This document shows positions 1 through 9,758 of a DNA stretch of 64,000 bases, one piece after another (position 1 is the stretch's first letter; the number at the start of each line of letters is the position of its first letter). A program made the position numbers and the translations under genes. Source of the stretch: Deltaproteobacteria bacterium (GTDB lineage Bacteria; Desulfobacterota; Desulfomonilia; UBA1062); contig JAHDQN010000040.1 in NCBI GenBank assembly GCA_018433775.1, positions 20,587 through 84,586 of the forward strand, given 5' to 3'. The notes beneath the pieces are model-generated. The model was not told the DNA's origin and ran no database searches. It saw only the letters and a list, made by a program, of their open reading frames with translations.

Positions 1-440
1 GAAGTTGAATCCAAATGCTCATTGATGCAATCCCATGTAGATTGGCTAAATAAAGGATCTCTTTCAGTAAGGATCAAAAAACCTTGGCCATACTTAATAT
101 GCCATTCCTCATATGAAACCTTGGATATTTTTTTGTGTAGAGTGGTTATAAATGCAATAGCAGTTCTCTCATCTGGACTGAAAATTGGGTGTTCTTTTCT
201 TATATATGGCTTTTCGCCAGGAGTGACAAAGGACCGCTCTTCCTGGGCTTCTTCATAACTTCTATAAATGTCAGCATGTTCAATCCAAATAAGTTTATCA
301 CCATCTTTTGCTATTGCATCAGGGGGATCAGGTTTTTCGATGACAATAAAATTAGTTGTATTCTTTGAATTATACCAGGCAAGGAAGCTATTAATAACCG
401 CATCCTCGTGAGCTCGCTGTATTTGTTCTCTTGGCTTCAT
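1..440 (-). CDS. Hypothetical cassette protein, 5'-complete, 3' end beyond window
   Basis: I translated the minus strand from the ATG at 438-440 to position 1 and found no stop (146+ codons: MKPREQIQRAHEDAVINSFLAWYNSKNTTNFIVIEKPDPPDAIAKDGDKLIWIEHADIY...). It is absent from the ORF track because it is open-ended. It begins 8 nt after attC 448-507. I recognise no domain. Confidence 0.5.
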   Translation of the reverse strand, partial: MKPREQIQRAHEDAVINSFLAWYNSKNTTNFIVIEKPDPPDAIAKDGDKLIWIEHADIYRSYEEAQEERSFVTPGEKPYIRKEHPIFSPDERTAIAFITTLHKKISKVSYEEWHIKYGQGFLILTERDPLFSQSTWDCINEHLDST

Positions 441-447
441 CTTTTAT

Positions 448-507
448 TCCCAACGTGGGCATCAGCGGCGCGGCTCCGCCGCGTCCGCCTGGATGCCTTG
501 GTTGGAT
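448..507 (-). repeat. attC recombination site (cassette boundary)
   Basis: The plus strand reads TCCCAAC...GTTGGAT. The inner stem is AGCGGCGCGGC / GCCGCG(T)CCGC, flanked by GGCATC / GATGCC. The unpaired bases (T, C, G) are all on the 3' arm of the plus strand, as in an attC bottom strand. Confidence 0.7.
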
Positions 508-1208
508 GATCTCTTGCATGTTTGAGGGACAGGCAGAATAAATCCTAATAATGAACTCATAATCAAAACTGCTATCCAAAAGTATATTGACAGGTAGAAA
601 GACCTCATCCCCCATTTGCTTAACTCTCTAGATTTCAATAGAGCTTCTCTTTGTTCTAGTTCTTTGTTTGTGGGTATGTATAATTCAATATTACCACTCT
701 CTGTAATGTAATTTGATTGAACACCATCTTCATAGAACAAAATTCCCGCATAAAATTTGCTTATTTTTGATTTTGTATTAATTGAGTCATTTGTAGAATT
801 AATGCGTGATACGATGATATCACGAATTGTATCTGGAGTCCTGTGAGGCGCTATTTTTTTGAATGTTTGGTATCCAACGACACTCATAAATAAACAAGAT
901 ACGATTATAAAAACACCTACAGCTGAATATATAAGTCCCTTTAAGGTGTAGCCGCTCTTTCGAATATCTCGGATACCAACAATAATCATTGTTGCTACCG
1001 CTGTTGTTAGTGCAACATCGCGAAATACGCGGATAAGCCATTCAATGAGTGCAACTTCGTGCGAAGCACTAAAAGGATCAAAATCAATAAAAATTAGGTA
1101 GAAAAGGTCAACAAAAATATAAAATGCAAAACCTAAAGGGATGATCCATTCACTGATACTTGATGGCCATCGAAATATTTTACTTATTATTGACATACCT
1201 ATTTTCAT
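462..1208 (-). CDS. Hypothetical multi-pass membrane protein (cassette-encoded)
   Basis: 248-aa ORF. Hydrophobic segments include WIIPLGFAFYIFVDLFYLIFI, TAVATMIIVGI, LIYSAVGVFIIVSCLFMSVVG and a C-terminal FYLSIYFWIAVLIMSSLLGFIL. The ATG directly abuts attC 1207-1263, and the stop codon lies inside attC 448-507. Confidence 0.55.
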   Translation of the reverse strand: MKIGMSIISKIFRWPSSISEWIIPLGFAFYIFVDLFYLIFIDFDPFSASHEVALIEWLIRVFRDVALTTAVATMIIVGIRDIRKSGYTLKGLIYSAVGVFIIVSCLFMSVVGYQTFKKIAPHRTPDTIRDIIVSRINSTNDSINTKSKISKFYAGILFYEDGVQSNYITESGNIELYIPTNKELEQREALLKSRELSKWGMRSFYLSIYFWIAVLIMSSLLGFILPVPQTCKRSSNQGIQADAAEPRR

Positions 1209-1263
1209 CCAACGTACCGATCACCGGCGGCTAAAAGCCGTCCGGTGCATTGGCTGGTTGGGC
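1207..1263 (-). repeat. attC recombination site (cassette boundary)
   Basis: The plus strand reads ATCCAAC-GTACCGAT-CACCGGCGGC-TAAAA-GCCG(T)CCGGTG-CATTGGCTG-GTTGGGC. The 3' arm carries an extra T. The central part is nearly identical to attC 2996-3052. Confidence 0.8.
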
Positions 1264-1326
1264 CTTTCGTGCATATATGCAAGGTAATTAATTATAACAT
1301 GCGGGGTTTTATTGCTGTATATAGCT

Positions 1327-2028
1327 TCATTCCTTTTGACTTCTTCTGCTATCTCTTCTGGCTTTTGCAAGTTTAAGCCTTGCTGGCTCGGTATATATTC
1401 TTTCTAGTAGCATAATAGTGAAATCAAGTAAGTCTTCAGCGTCCTCTCGTTTCAGTGTCCCTGCATGTGCACCATCGTTACCATCTTCACGCACACAAGC
1501 AGATAAATCACGTAAGCTCTCTGGAAGTATGCATTGATCAAACATCCATGGTAATCGCAATCCTAAATCACGACGAATACGTTTATTTAAGCCATTTGCA
1601 TCTTCTTCGGGAAGCATTCCCCTTGTAACAATGTCAATACACAAACGAAACATTGTACCAGCAGCATTATTACATCCAACAGCTAGACATGTTGCACCTT
1701 CACGAAAGACCTTTTCCACATCATCTGGTATGTGTTCCGGAGGCTCTGTTGTGGCAGTATCTTTTAAGCTTATGAATCCCTCAATATCAACATAAGTGTT
1801 CACTGCGCCTTTGAAACTTAATAAACCTTTTTCATGTACAAGCTTATAATTACCGTGAACATTTTCTGACAGAACAAATATTGTTGCCCGATGACAATGG
1901 CGACATTTACAGAAGGATTCATACCATTGCTGCCAGTCATATTTTACATACGTAACATGGGCTGCAATAATGTCGAAGGTAATCTTTTGTGCATGACATC
2001 GTGGACAATTTGCTACTAACTCAGCCAT
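1327..2028 (-). CDS. Zinc-ribbon plus DUF4145-like protein (cassette-encoded)
   Basis: 233 aa. The N-terminus has CPRC...CRHC cysteine pairs. The C-terminal helical region resembles DUF4145 (AVGCNNAAGTMFRLCIDIV, DGNDGAHAG, DAEDLLDFTIMLLERIY). The start lies about 40 nt after the attC core, with an AAAGGAA RBS. Confidence 0.55.
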   Translation of the reverse strand: MAELVANCPRCHAQKITFDIIAAHVTYVKYDWQQWYESFCKCRHCHRATIFVLSENVHGNYKLVHEKGLLSFKGAVNTYVDIEGFISLKDTATTEPPEHIPDDVEKVFREGATCLAVGCNNAAGTMFRLCIDIVTRGMLPEEDANGLNKRIRRDLGLRLPWMFDQCILPESLRDLSACVREDGNDGAHAGTLKREDAEDLLDFTIMLLERIYTEPARLKLAKARRDSRRSQKE

Positions 2029-2070
2029 AAAATATTATTCCTTTCACATAAAAAACATTTGTGACTTGAT

Positions 2071-2127
2071 GCCCAACGTAAGGGTCAGCCGCGCGCGTAG
2101 CGCGTCGGCTGCAACCTATGGTTAGGC
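2071..2127 (-). repeat. attC recombination site (cassette boundary)
   Basis: The plus strand reads GCCCAAC...GTTAGGC, a perfect match to RYYYAAC / GTTRRRY. The stem is CAGCCG-CGCG [CGTAG] CGCG-(T)-CGGCTG, with an extra T on the 3' arm. Confidence 0.8.
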
Positions 2128-2130
2128 GAT

Positions 2131-2985
2131 TTAACTAATTGTTAAATTTACTAATTCCTTAAAATCGCTTTCTCTTATTATGCGAAGATACTGCCCCTTT
2201 TTAATCAGCGATTCTGCTTTTCTGTGTTTGGAGCTTTTGTCATGGCCTGCAAGTTTTTTTACATCTTGATCCCCAACTACCAAAATAGTTGTATCCTTCC
2301 TAACCCCGTTAGCTACTGTGCAACCTATTTTTGAAGCCATATCAGCTGCTTCTCGCCGTGGAATATCAAGAGCACCGGTGAAAACTAAGACCTCACCAAA
2401 GAGATATCCCTCTGGATTACCTTCTCTTGAAATGCTGCTTGAAGGATCGATTGGTTGTTCGACACGTCTTAGCCAACCTTGTAAATCGATGCCCGTCTTA
2501 GCAATTGCAGCTAAAAGAATATGTGCAGCAGCTTTTGCATCTTCAAGGGCGTCATGATGCGCAAATTGGTATCCTAAGTTATTGCATACATTTGCAAGGC
2601 CGTACCCACTCCATGCAAATTGTTCCCATGTCCTGCGTGTTACGCGAGCAGAATCTAGCCAAGTACATGAAGGATTGCGAAGGTCATATTTTAAGCAAGC
2701 TTGTTGAATAGCCACTCGATCGAAATGGGTATGACAAACAACAATTCTACCATCTAAGTAATTGTATAAACGACTTGCAGCATCTGGCAGAGTGGGAGAG
2801 CCTTCTACTGTGGATTCATCGATTCCATGTATAGAAATGTTCATCCAATCGAAAAAATCCTCTGGATCGATATATGTCTTCCACTCTTCTTGCAACAATC
2901 CATTTTTGAAGACTGCAAGTCCTATTTGGCAGATTGAAGACATATCAGCATTAGCAGTTTCAAAGTCCAATGCTATAAAGTCCAT
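2131..2985 (-). CDS. DEDDh (DnaQ/epsilon-like) 3'-5' exonuclease fused to a C-terminal BRCT domain (cassette-encoded)
   Basis: 284 aa. Exo I is ALDFETAN, Exo II is CHTHFDRVAI and Exo III is HHDALEDAKAAA. The BRCT-like tail is GEVLVFTGALDIPRREAADMASKIGCTVANGVRKDTTILVVGD. An AGGAGG RBS sits immediately after the attC core (GTTAGGCAGGAGGCATTATG). Confidence 0.8.
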   Translation of the reverse strand: MDFIALDFETANADMSSICQIGLAVFKNGLLQEEWKTYIDPEDFFDWMNISIHGIDESTVEGSPTLPDAASRLYNYLDGRIVVCHTHFDRVAIQQACLKYDLRNPSCTWLDSARVTRRTWEQFAWSGYGLANVCNNLGYQFAHHDALEDAKAAAHILLAAIAKTGIDLQGWLRRVEQPIDPSSSISREGNPEGYLFGEVLVFTGALDIPRREAADMASKIGCTVANGVRKDTTILVVGDQDVKKLAGHDKSSKHRKAESLIKKGQYLRIIRESDFKELVNLTIS

Positions 2986-2995
2986 AATGCCTCCT

Positions 2996-3052
2996 GCCTA
3001 ACGTGCAGATCACCGGCGGCTGAAAGCCGTCCGGTGCATTTGCGGGTTAGCC
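2996..3052 (-). repeat. attC recombination site (cassette boundary)
   Basis: The plus strand reads GCCTAAC-GTGCAGAT-CACCGGCGGC-TGAAA-GCCG(T)CCGGTG-CATTTGCGG-GTTAGCC. Confidence 0.8.
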
Positions 3053-3079
3053 AGCCTACCCATATAATTTTATCTGGCA

Positions 3080-3880
3080 TTACAGCGGAAGACAATAAAT
3101 TAGATCTGTATAGCATTTTTCAACCACATTTTTTGGAAAAGGTAAATGTTCGTAATCACTTCCAATTATCCCTTTATTCAAATTCATTTGGTTGTCACAA
3201 AGGATAATTATGTATTTACCAAGGGCTTTAGCATACGATGTCTCACTAAGAATCCACGAGGTGTCTCCGGGTGTAAAGATACAGATAAAAATATCTTGTG
3301 AATGTATTTTTTGGGCCACTTTATCTGGTATATTCTTTGTTTCATAACCACTTCCTTCTTTAACGTCGAATCCGAGACGTCTGAGAAAGGTGTTGAGTTT
3401 GCCTGAAACATCATTTCCGTATTCATCAAACCTATGTGCTAAAAAAATAGACTTCTTTAACCCATACTTTGATACTTTGGCTGAAACATCTTCGCCGGGA
3501 TTACTGGCTTGGAAAAATGATTTTACATGATCATGTATTGAGCTAATAATATCTAGATCATCTGATCTTACACATACTTCAAGACCTGACTTGCGAATAT
3601 TAATTATAGTTGAAAACCCAAGAGATGCATTTTTGCCCCAATAGTAATGTACATATATTGGCAAAGCATTGGGATAAGTTTCAAGCAAACGCATGAACTC
3701 CTGAAAATTTTCAGCGTGAAGTCTTCTGAATTCACCAATATGCAGACTTAAAGAATGTGAGTCTGATTTTGGTTCTTGTGGTTTATATTTATTGATCTTC
3801 AAGTATTCATCAAATTGCCTAAAGGATGATAGTATATCTAAATTACTTGGGTATACAGAATACTCTCTATCTTCTTGCAT
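3080..3880 (-). CDS. Protein with unknown N-terminal domain and C-terminal TIR-like (DUF1863/TIR_2-like) domain (first cassette)
   Basis: 266 aa. The C-terminal roughly 120 aa (KKSIFLAHRFDEYGNDVSGKLNTFLRRLGFDV...DIFICIFTPGDTSWILSETSYAKALGKYIIIL) follow the TIR-like pattern: a beta-strand, an acidic loop, then an S-W-x3-E motif. I recognise nothing in the N-terminal 140 aa. Confidence 0.5.
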   Translation of the reverse strand: MQEDREYSVYPSNLDILSSFRQFDEYLKINKYKPQEPKSDSHSLSLHIGEFRRLHAENFQEFMRLLETYPNALPIYVHYYWGKNASLGFSTIINIRKSGLEVCVRSDDLDIISSIHDHVKSFFQASNPGEDVSAKVSKYGLKKSIFLAHRFDEYGNDVSGKLNTFLRRLGFDVKEGSGYETKNIPDKVAQKIHSQDIFICIFTPGDTSWILSETSYAKALGKYIIILCDNQMNLNKGIIGSDYEHLPFPKNVVEKCYTDLIYCLPL

Positions 3881-3896
3881 AAATACTGCCCCCTAT

Positions 3897-3967
3897 GGCT
3901 AACAACTTCCTCTACTGCATAATTGCAGCAAAAGTTGCTATATAGCAACTTTTGCTGCAACATTATG
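3897..3967 (-). repeat. Terminal cassette core site plus atypical 38-bp perfect palindrome (array boundary; truncated attC or attI remnant?)
   Basis: GGCTAAC at 3897-3903 is GTTAGCC on the cassette strand, the same core as at 3046-3052. A perfect palindrome TTGCAGCAAAAGTTGCTATATAGCAACTTTTGCTGCAA spans 3923-3960 and extends 5 bp further after a 2-nt bulge. There is no matching GTTRRRY box on the right side. Confidence 0.45.
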
Positions 3968-4311
3968 AATTACGAATATACCATGCTCCTCTTTTCGGAA
4001 GACCTTTCTCCTGGGGGGAGAGCTCGTGAGGGCCGTGCAGGAATCAGGGCAGACTCCGTCAGTAGAAGGTGAACGTGAAGATAGAAAATGGTCTCCTCTC
4101 ATTCATTTCATGCATCGACAAGGTCCGGCCGCCATTCCTGGCGTCCGGGCAATAACCTGTGAATACGATATCATTTTTTCCGCGACAAATCCAGATGAAA
4201 GTGAAAATGCTCAAGCCGCACGGGACTGCACCGTTCATGGCCCTGCCGCTCTGTACGGGCGGTCGAGCGGGCTGAACAGACCCCGCCGGGGTTTCCGGAG
4301 GCGTTACAGCC

Positions 4312-5946
<1,635 letters not shown>

Positions 5947-6085
5947 CTACCGTAGAGATCTGTGGGCCGTCAAGCCACGGACGCCCCGGGTTAACGCTCC
6001 AAGCCTGCACATAAATTCCATAACGACTCTCCCCAAAACTTCGTGCCCGTAATCGCAATCATGCAGTCAAAAAAAACTCTTGAAA

Positions 6086-6120
6086 ACTGCTTGATATTTC
6101 GCATGCGCACTTACGGCAAC
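6086..6120 (-). promoter_or_regulatory. Conserved 35-nt element, copy 1; reads as a sigma-70-like promoter on the minus strand (-35 TTGCCG, 17-nt spacer containing CGCATGCG, -10 TATCAA) upstream of pyrG
   Basis: ACTGCTTGATATTTCGCATGCGCACTTACGGCAAC is nearly identical to 25586-25622. Both copies sit in intergenic DNA upstream of minus-strand operons. Confidence 0.35.
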
Positions 6121-6271
6121 AGATACTGAGAAATCATCGCCTGTACCACACCGCGCGACACCTCCCGGAGGGGGAAAAATCCCTGGCAACAGCCCCCGCG
6201 CACCGACCTCCGGCATAAACCCAGAAAAAACATTCCCGGGCGGCGGCAGGCTGCATCCACGGGCCACGGTC

Positions 6272-9200
6272 TTATTGCCGTGCATACAGGTCCTGCAGCG
6301 ACGACACGCCGAAGCCGCCCGCCTGCAGGGACCTGACGGCCTCGAGGCTCGCCCGCGAGGCCGCGACGGTCGTGGCGTAGGGGACGCTGTAGCGGATGGC
6401 GCTGCGGCGAATGTGGTGCGCGTCCTGCGAGGGTTTTCTGCCGATGCTCGTGTTGATGATCAACTGGATCTCGCGGTTCTTGATGTGGTCGACCACGTTG
6501 GGCCGGCCCTCGCTCACCTTGAGCACCACCTCGGCGTCAACGCCGCTCGCCTGCAGGTGCCGCGCGGTGCCCCGGGTGGCGACGATGCGGAAGCCGAGCC
6601 CGGCAAAGCCCTTTGCCACTTCCGTGATCCGGGCCTTGTGCATGTCGTGGACGCTGACGAACACGGTCCCGGAGTCCGGAAGGCCCGAGCCGGCCGCGAT
6701 CTGCGACTTGGCGAAGGCGGCCCCGAACGAGAAGTCCACCCCCATAACCTCGCCCGTCGACTTCATCTCCGGGCCAAGCCCCACGTCCGCGTCGGGAAAG
6801 CGCTGGAACGGAAACACGGCCTCTTTCACCGAGACGTGGGCAGGCACGACCTGCTCGGTGAAACCGAGCTCTTCAAGCGTCCGGCCCAGCATGACCTTGG
6901 TGGCGATCCGGGCCAGGGGCCTGCCGATTGCCTTGCTCACGAAGGGCACGGTCCTCGACGCCCGGGGGTTCACCTCCAGCACGTACACCTCGCCGTCCTT
7001 GACGGCGTACTGGATGTTCATGAGCCCGACCACCCCGATCTCTTTGGCGATCAGCCGGGTCTGCTCCCTGATCGTCTCCCGTATCTTCTCCGGCAGGGTC
7101 GCGGGCGGCAGCACGCACGCGCTGTCTCCGGAGTGGATGCCCGCCTCCTCGATGTGCTCCATGATCCCGCCGATCACCGTGGTTTGGCCGTCGCAGACCG
7201 CGTCCACGTCGACCTCGACCGCGTCCTCCAGAAAGCGGTCGATGAGCACGGCGTTGCCCGGAAAGAGCTTGAACACGCCGGTGATGAAGGTCTTCAGGGC
7301 TTGAGCGTCGTAGATGATCTCCATGGAGCGGCCGCCCAGCACATACGAAGGCCTGACCAGCACCGGGAAGCCGATCCCATCGGCCGCGGCGAGGGCCTCG
7401 TCAACGGTGAAGGCGATGTCGCTCTGCGGCTGCCTGAGATCGAGCTTCTTCACGATCTCGTTGAACCGCTCCCGGTCCTCGGCCCGGTCGATGGCGTCGG
7501 GCTGGGTGCCCAGGATGGTCACGCCCTCGTTCCACAGGTCCCGGGCGAGGTTGAGCGGGGTCTGGCCCCCGAACTGCACGATCACGCCCTCCGGGCTCTC
7601 GGCCCTGATCACGTGCAGCACGTCCTCCAGGGTGAGCGGCTCGAAGTAGAGCTTGTCCGAGATGTCGTAGTCCGTGCTCACGGTCTCGGGGTTGGAGTTG
7701 ATCATGATGCTCTCATAGCCCATCTCGCGCAGCGCGAACGAGGCGTGCACGCAGCAGTAGTCGAATTCGATCCCCTGGCCGATCCGGTTGGGCCCGCCGC
7801 CGATGATCACCACCTTGGGCCGCCCGGACGGCCTTGTCTCGGTCTCGGTCTCGTAGGTGGAGTAGTAGTAGGGCGTATAGGCCTCGAATTCGGCGGCGCA
7901 GGTGTCCACGAGCTTGTACACCGGCACGATTCCCTCGCGGAAACGCAGCCCCCGCACCCCGTCTTCGCCCATGCCCCAGGCCTCGGCCAGGAAGCGGTCG
8001 GAAAAGCCCATCCGCTTGGCCTCTTCCAGCAGCTCTTTTGAGGGCTTGCTGTTTTTGAGCGTGCCCTCGAACTCCACCAGCTCGCCTATGTGATAAAGAA
8101 ACCAGGGGTCGATCCCGGTCATGGCGTGTATCTCGTCCATGCCCATCCCGCTCCTGAGCGCCTCTGCCAGCCAGAACAGCCGGGCCGAGTTGGGATAGGT
8201 GAGCCGCGAGACGATCTCCTTGCGGTCTGCGGCGGCGCCTGCCTCGACCGGGCTGTTCAGGCCGTACCTGCCGGTCTCGAGCGAGCGGAGTGCCTTGCCG
8301 AGCGCCTCCTTGAAGGTGCGGCCGATGGCCATGGTCTCGCCCACGGACTTCATCGAGGTGGTGAGCAGGTCAGGGGTCTCCGGAAACTTCTCGAAGGTCC
8401 AGCGGGGGATCTTGACCACGCAGTAGTCGATGGCCGGCTCGAACGAGGCACAGGTCTCGCGGGTGATGTCGTTGGGGATCTCGTCCAGGGTGTAGCCCAC
8501 GGCCAGCTTGGCAGCGATCTTGGCGATGGGGAAGCCCGTTGCCTTTGACGCCAGGGCCGACGAGCGCGACACCCGGGGGTTCATCTCGATCACCACGATG
8601 TCCCCGTTCTTCGGGTTGACCGCGAACTGGACGTTGGAGCCGCCCGTCTCAACGCCGATCTCGCGCATGACCGCGACCGCGGCGTTGCGCAGATCCTGGT
8701 ACTCCACGTCGGTCAGGGTCTGGGCCGGGGCCACGGTGATGGAGTCGCCCGTGTGCACGCCCATGGGGTCGAGGTTTTCGATGGAGCAGATGATCACCAC
8801 GTTGTCCGCCCGGTCGCGCATGACCTCGAGCTCGTACTCCTTCCATCCGATCACCGACTCCTCGAGCATGATCTCGGTGATCATGCTCGCGTCGAGCCCG
8901 GCCTTTGCCATGACCTCGAGTTCTTCGGGGTTGTAGGCGATCCCGCCGCCGATCCCGCCCAGGGTGAACGAGGGCCGGACGATGACGGGGAAGCCGATCC
9001 GGCGGGCGATGGCAAACACCTCGTCCATGTTCCGGGCAAACCCGCTCTCCGGGACGCGCAGGCCGATGTTTTCCATGGCATGCCTGAACTTCTCGCGGTC
9101 CTCGGCCTTGTGTATGACCTCGGGTGTGGCACCGATCATCTCTACGCCGTACCTGTCGAGCACCCCCATCTCGTGGACCTTTACCGACACGTTCAGGCCG

Positions 9201-9481
9201 GTCTGGCCGCCCAGGGTCGGGAGTATGGCGTCGGGACGCTCCAGCTCGATTATCCTGGCCACCACCTCGGGCGTTATGGGCTCGATGTAGGTCCTGTCAG
9301 CGAGCTCCGGATCGGTCATGATGGTGGCCGGGTTCGAGTTGATGAGCACGACCCGGCAGCCCTCTTCCTTCAGGGCCTTGCAGGCCTGGACGCCCGAGTA
9401 GTCGAACTCGCACGCCTGGGAGATGACAATGGGTCCTGACCCGATGATGAGTATATTCTTCAGATCATTTCGTCGCGGCAT
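6272..9481 (-). CDS. carB: Carbamoyl-phosphate synthase large subunit
   Basis: 1069 aa. The N-terminus is [30 protein letters not shown], with duplicated ATP-grasp halves and an MGS-like C-terminus. Confidence 0.97.
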   Translation of the reverse strand: MPRRNDLKNILIIGSGPIVISQACEFDYSGVQACKALKEEGCRVVLINSNPATIMTDPELADRTYIEPITPEVVARIIELERPDAILPTLGGQTGLNVSVKVHEMGVLDRYGVEMIGATPEVIHKAEDREKFRHAMENIGLRVPESGFARNMDEVFAIARRIGFPVIVRPSFTLGGIGGGIAYNPEELEVMAKAGLDASMITEIMLEESVIGWKEYELEVMRDRADNVVIICSIENLDPMGVHTGDSITVAPAQTLTDVEYQDLRNAAVAVMREIGVETGGSNVQFAVNPKNGDIVVIEMNPRVSRSSALASKATGFPIAKIAAKLAVGYTLDEIPNDITRETCASFEPAIDYCVVKIPRWTFEKFPETPDLLTTSMKSVGETMAIGRTFKEALGKALRSLETGRYGLNSPVEAGAAADRKEIVSRLTYPNSARLFWLAEALRSGMGMDEIHAMTGIDPWFLYHIGELVEFEGTLKNSKPSKELLEEAKRMGFSDRFLAEAWGMGEDGVRGLRFREGIVPVYKLVDTCAAEFEAYTPYYYSTYETETETRPSGRPKVVIIGGGPNRIGQGIEFDYCCVHASFALREMGYESIMINSNPETVSTDYDISDKLYFEPLTLEDVLHVIRAESPEGVIVQFGGQTPLNLARDLWNEGVTILGTQPDAIDRAEDRERFNEIVKKLDLRQPQSDIAFTVDEALAAADGIGFPVLVRPSYVLGGRSMEIIYDAQALKTFITGVFKLFPGNAVLIDRFLEDAVEVDVDAVCDGQTTVIGGIMEHIEEAGIHSGDSACVLPPATLPEKIRETIREQTRLIAKEIGVVGLMNIQYAVKDGEVYVLEVNPRASRTVPFVSKAIGRPLARIATKVMLGRTLEELGFTEQVVPAHVSVKEAVFPFQRFPDADVGLGPEMKSTGEVMGVDFSFGAAFAKSQIAAGSGLPDSGTVFVSVHDMHKARITEVAKGFAGLGFRIVATRGTARHLQASGVDAEVVLKVSEGRPNVVDHIKNREIQLIINTSIGRKPSQDAHHIRRSAIRYSVPYATTVAASRASLEAVRSLQAGGFGVSSLQDLYARQ

Positions 9482-9758
9482 GGTTTCCTTTTTTCTTGTG
9501 CGGTGAATTATCGCAAGTCGCAGATCAATGTCTCGTGCGGCATATCACGGCTGCACGTCCACTGTCTTCTCCTTTGTGGCGGCGATCGTCGTGCACCGGA
9601 CTCGAGTATCCTCTCTTGACGCAAGGCCTTAAACCGGCGTGCGCGATCTTCTTCAGGCAGGCAATGCCGTGAACAGACTCAGCGCCCGGACCGGGTGCTT
9701 GAGGAGACCGGCCGGGCAGCAGCCGCCCGAACAGGCATGCCTGCAGAATCGGGCCCTG

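Larger units (their letters stand above)
1..3967 (-). mobile_element. Integron-type gene-cassette array (at least 5 cassettes, 4 complete attC sites); no integrase in window (CALIN-like or decayed/sedentary integron edge); continues past left edge
   Basis: Four 57-60 bp imperfect palindromes are bounded by RYYYAAC...GTTRRRY-type boxes. Each follows one AT-rich ORF, and all ORFs are on the minus strand. Composition shifts sharply near 3.9-4.0 kb: sampled lines are roughly 30-45% GC inside versus 60-75% in the flanking core genes. No tyrosine-recombinase-like ORF lies between 3904 and the pyrG stop at 4312. Confidence 0.75.

Noticed and set aside
22-615. Track ORFs 22-258 (plus strand) and 391-615 (minus strand)
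   Set aside because: ORF 22-258 is antisense to the open-ended cassette ORF 1-440. ORF 391-615 spans the attC site 448-507 and overlaps the end of the membrane-protein ORF in another frame.
5947-6271. ORF 6067-6285 (minus strand) and possible structured RNA in the carB-pyrG spacer
   Set aside because: The ORF overlaps the carB stop and has low-complexity translation. Apart from the conserved 35-nt element, which is reported separately, I saw only weak hairpins.
6275-8041. 588-aa plus-strand ORF, plus many others inside carB (6396-7304, 8090-8548, 8753-9439, etc.)
   Set aside because: It is antisense to carB, which has unambiguous motifs. The translations are Arg/Gly/Pro/His-rich low-complexity sequence typical of stop-poor antisense frames in GC-rich DNA.
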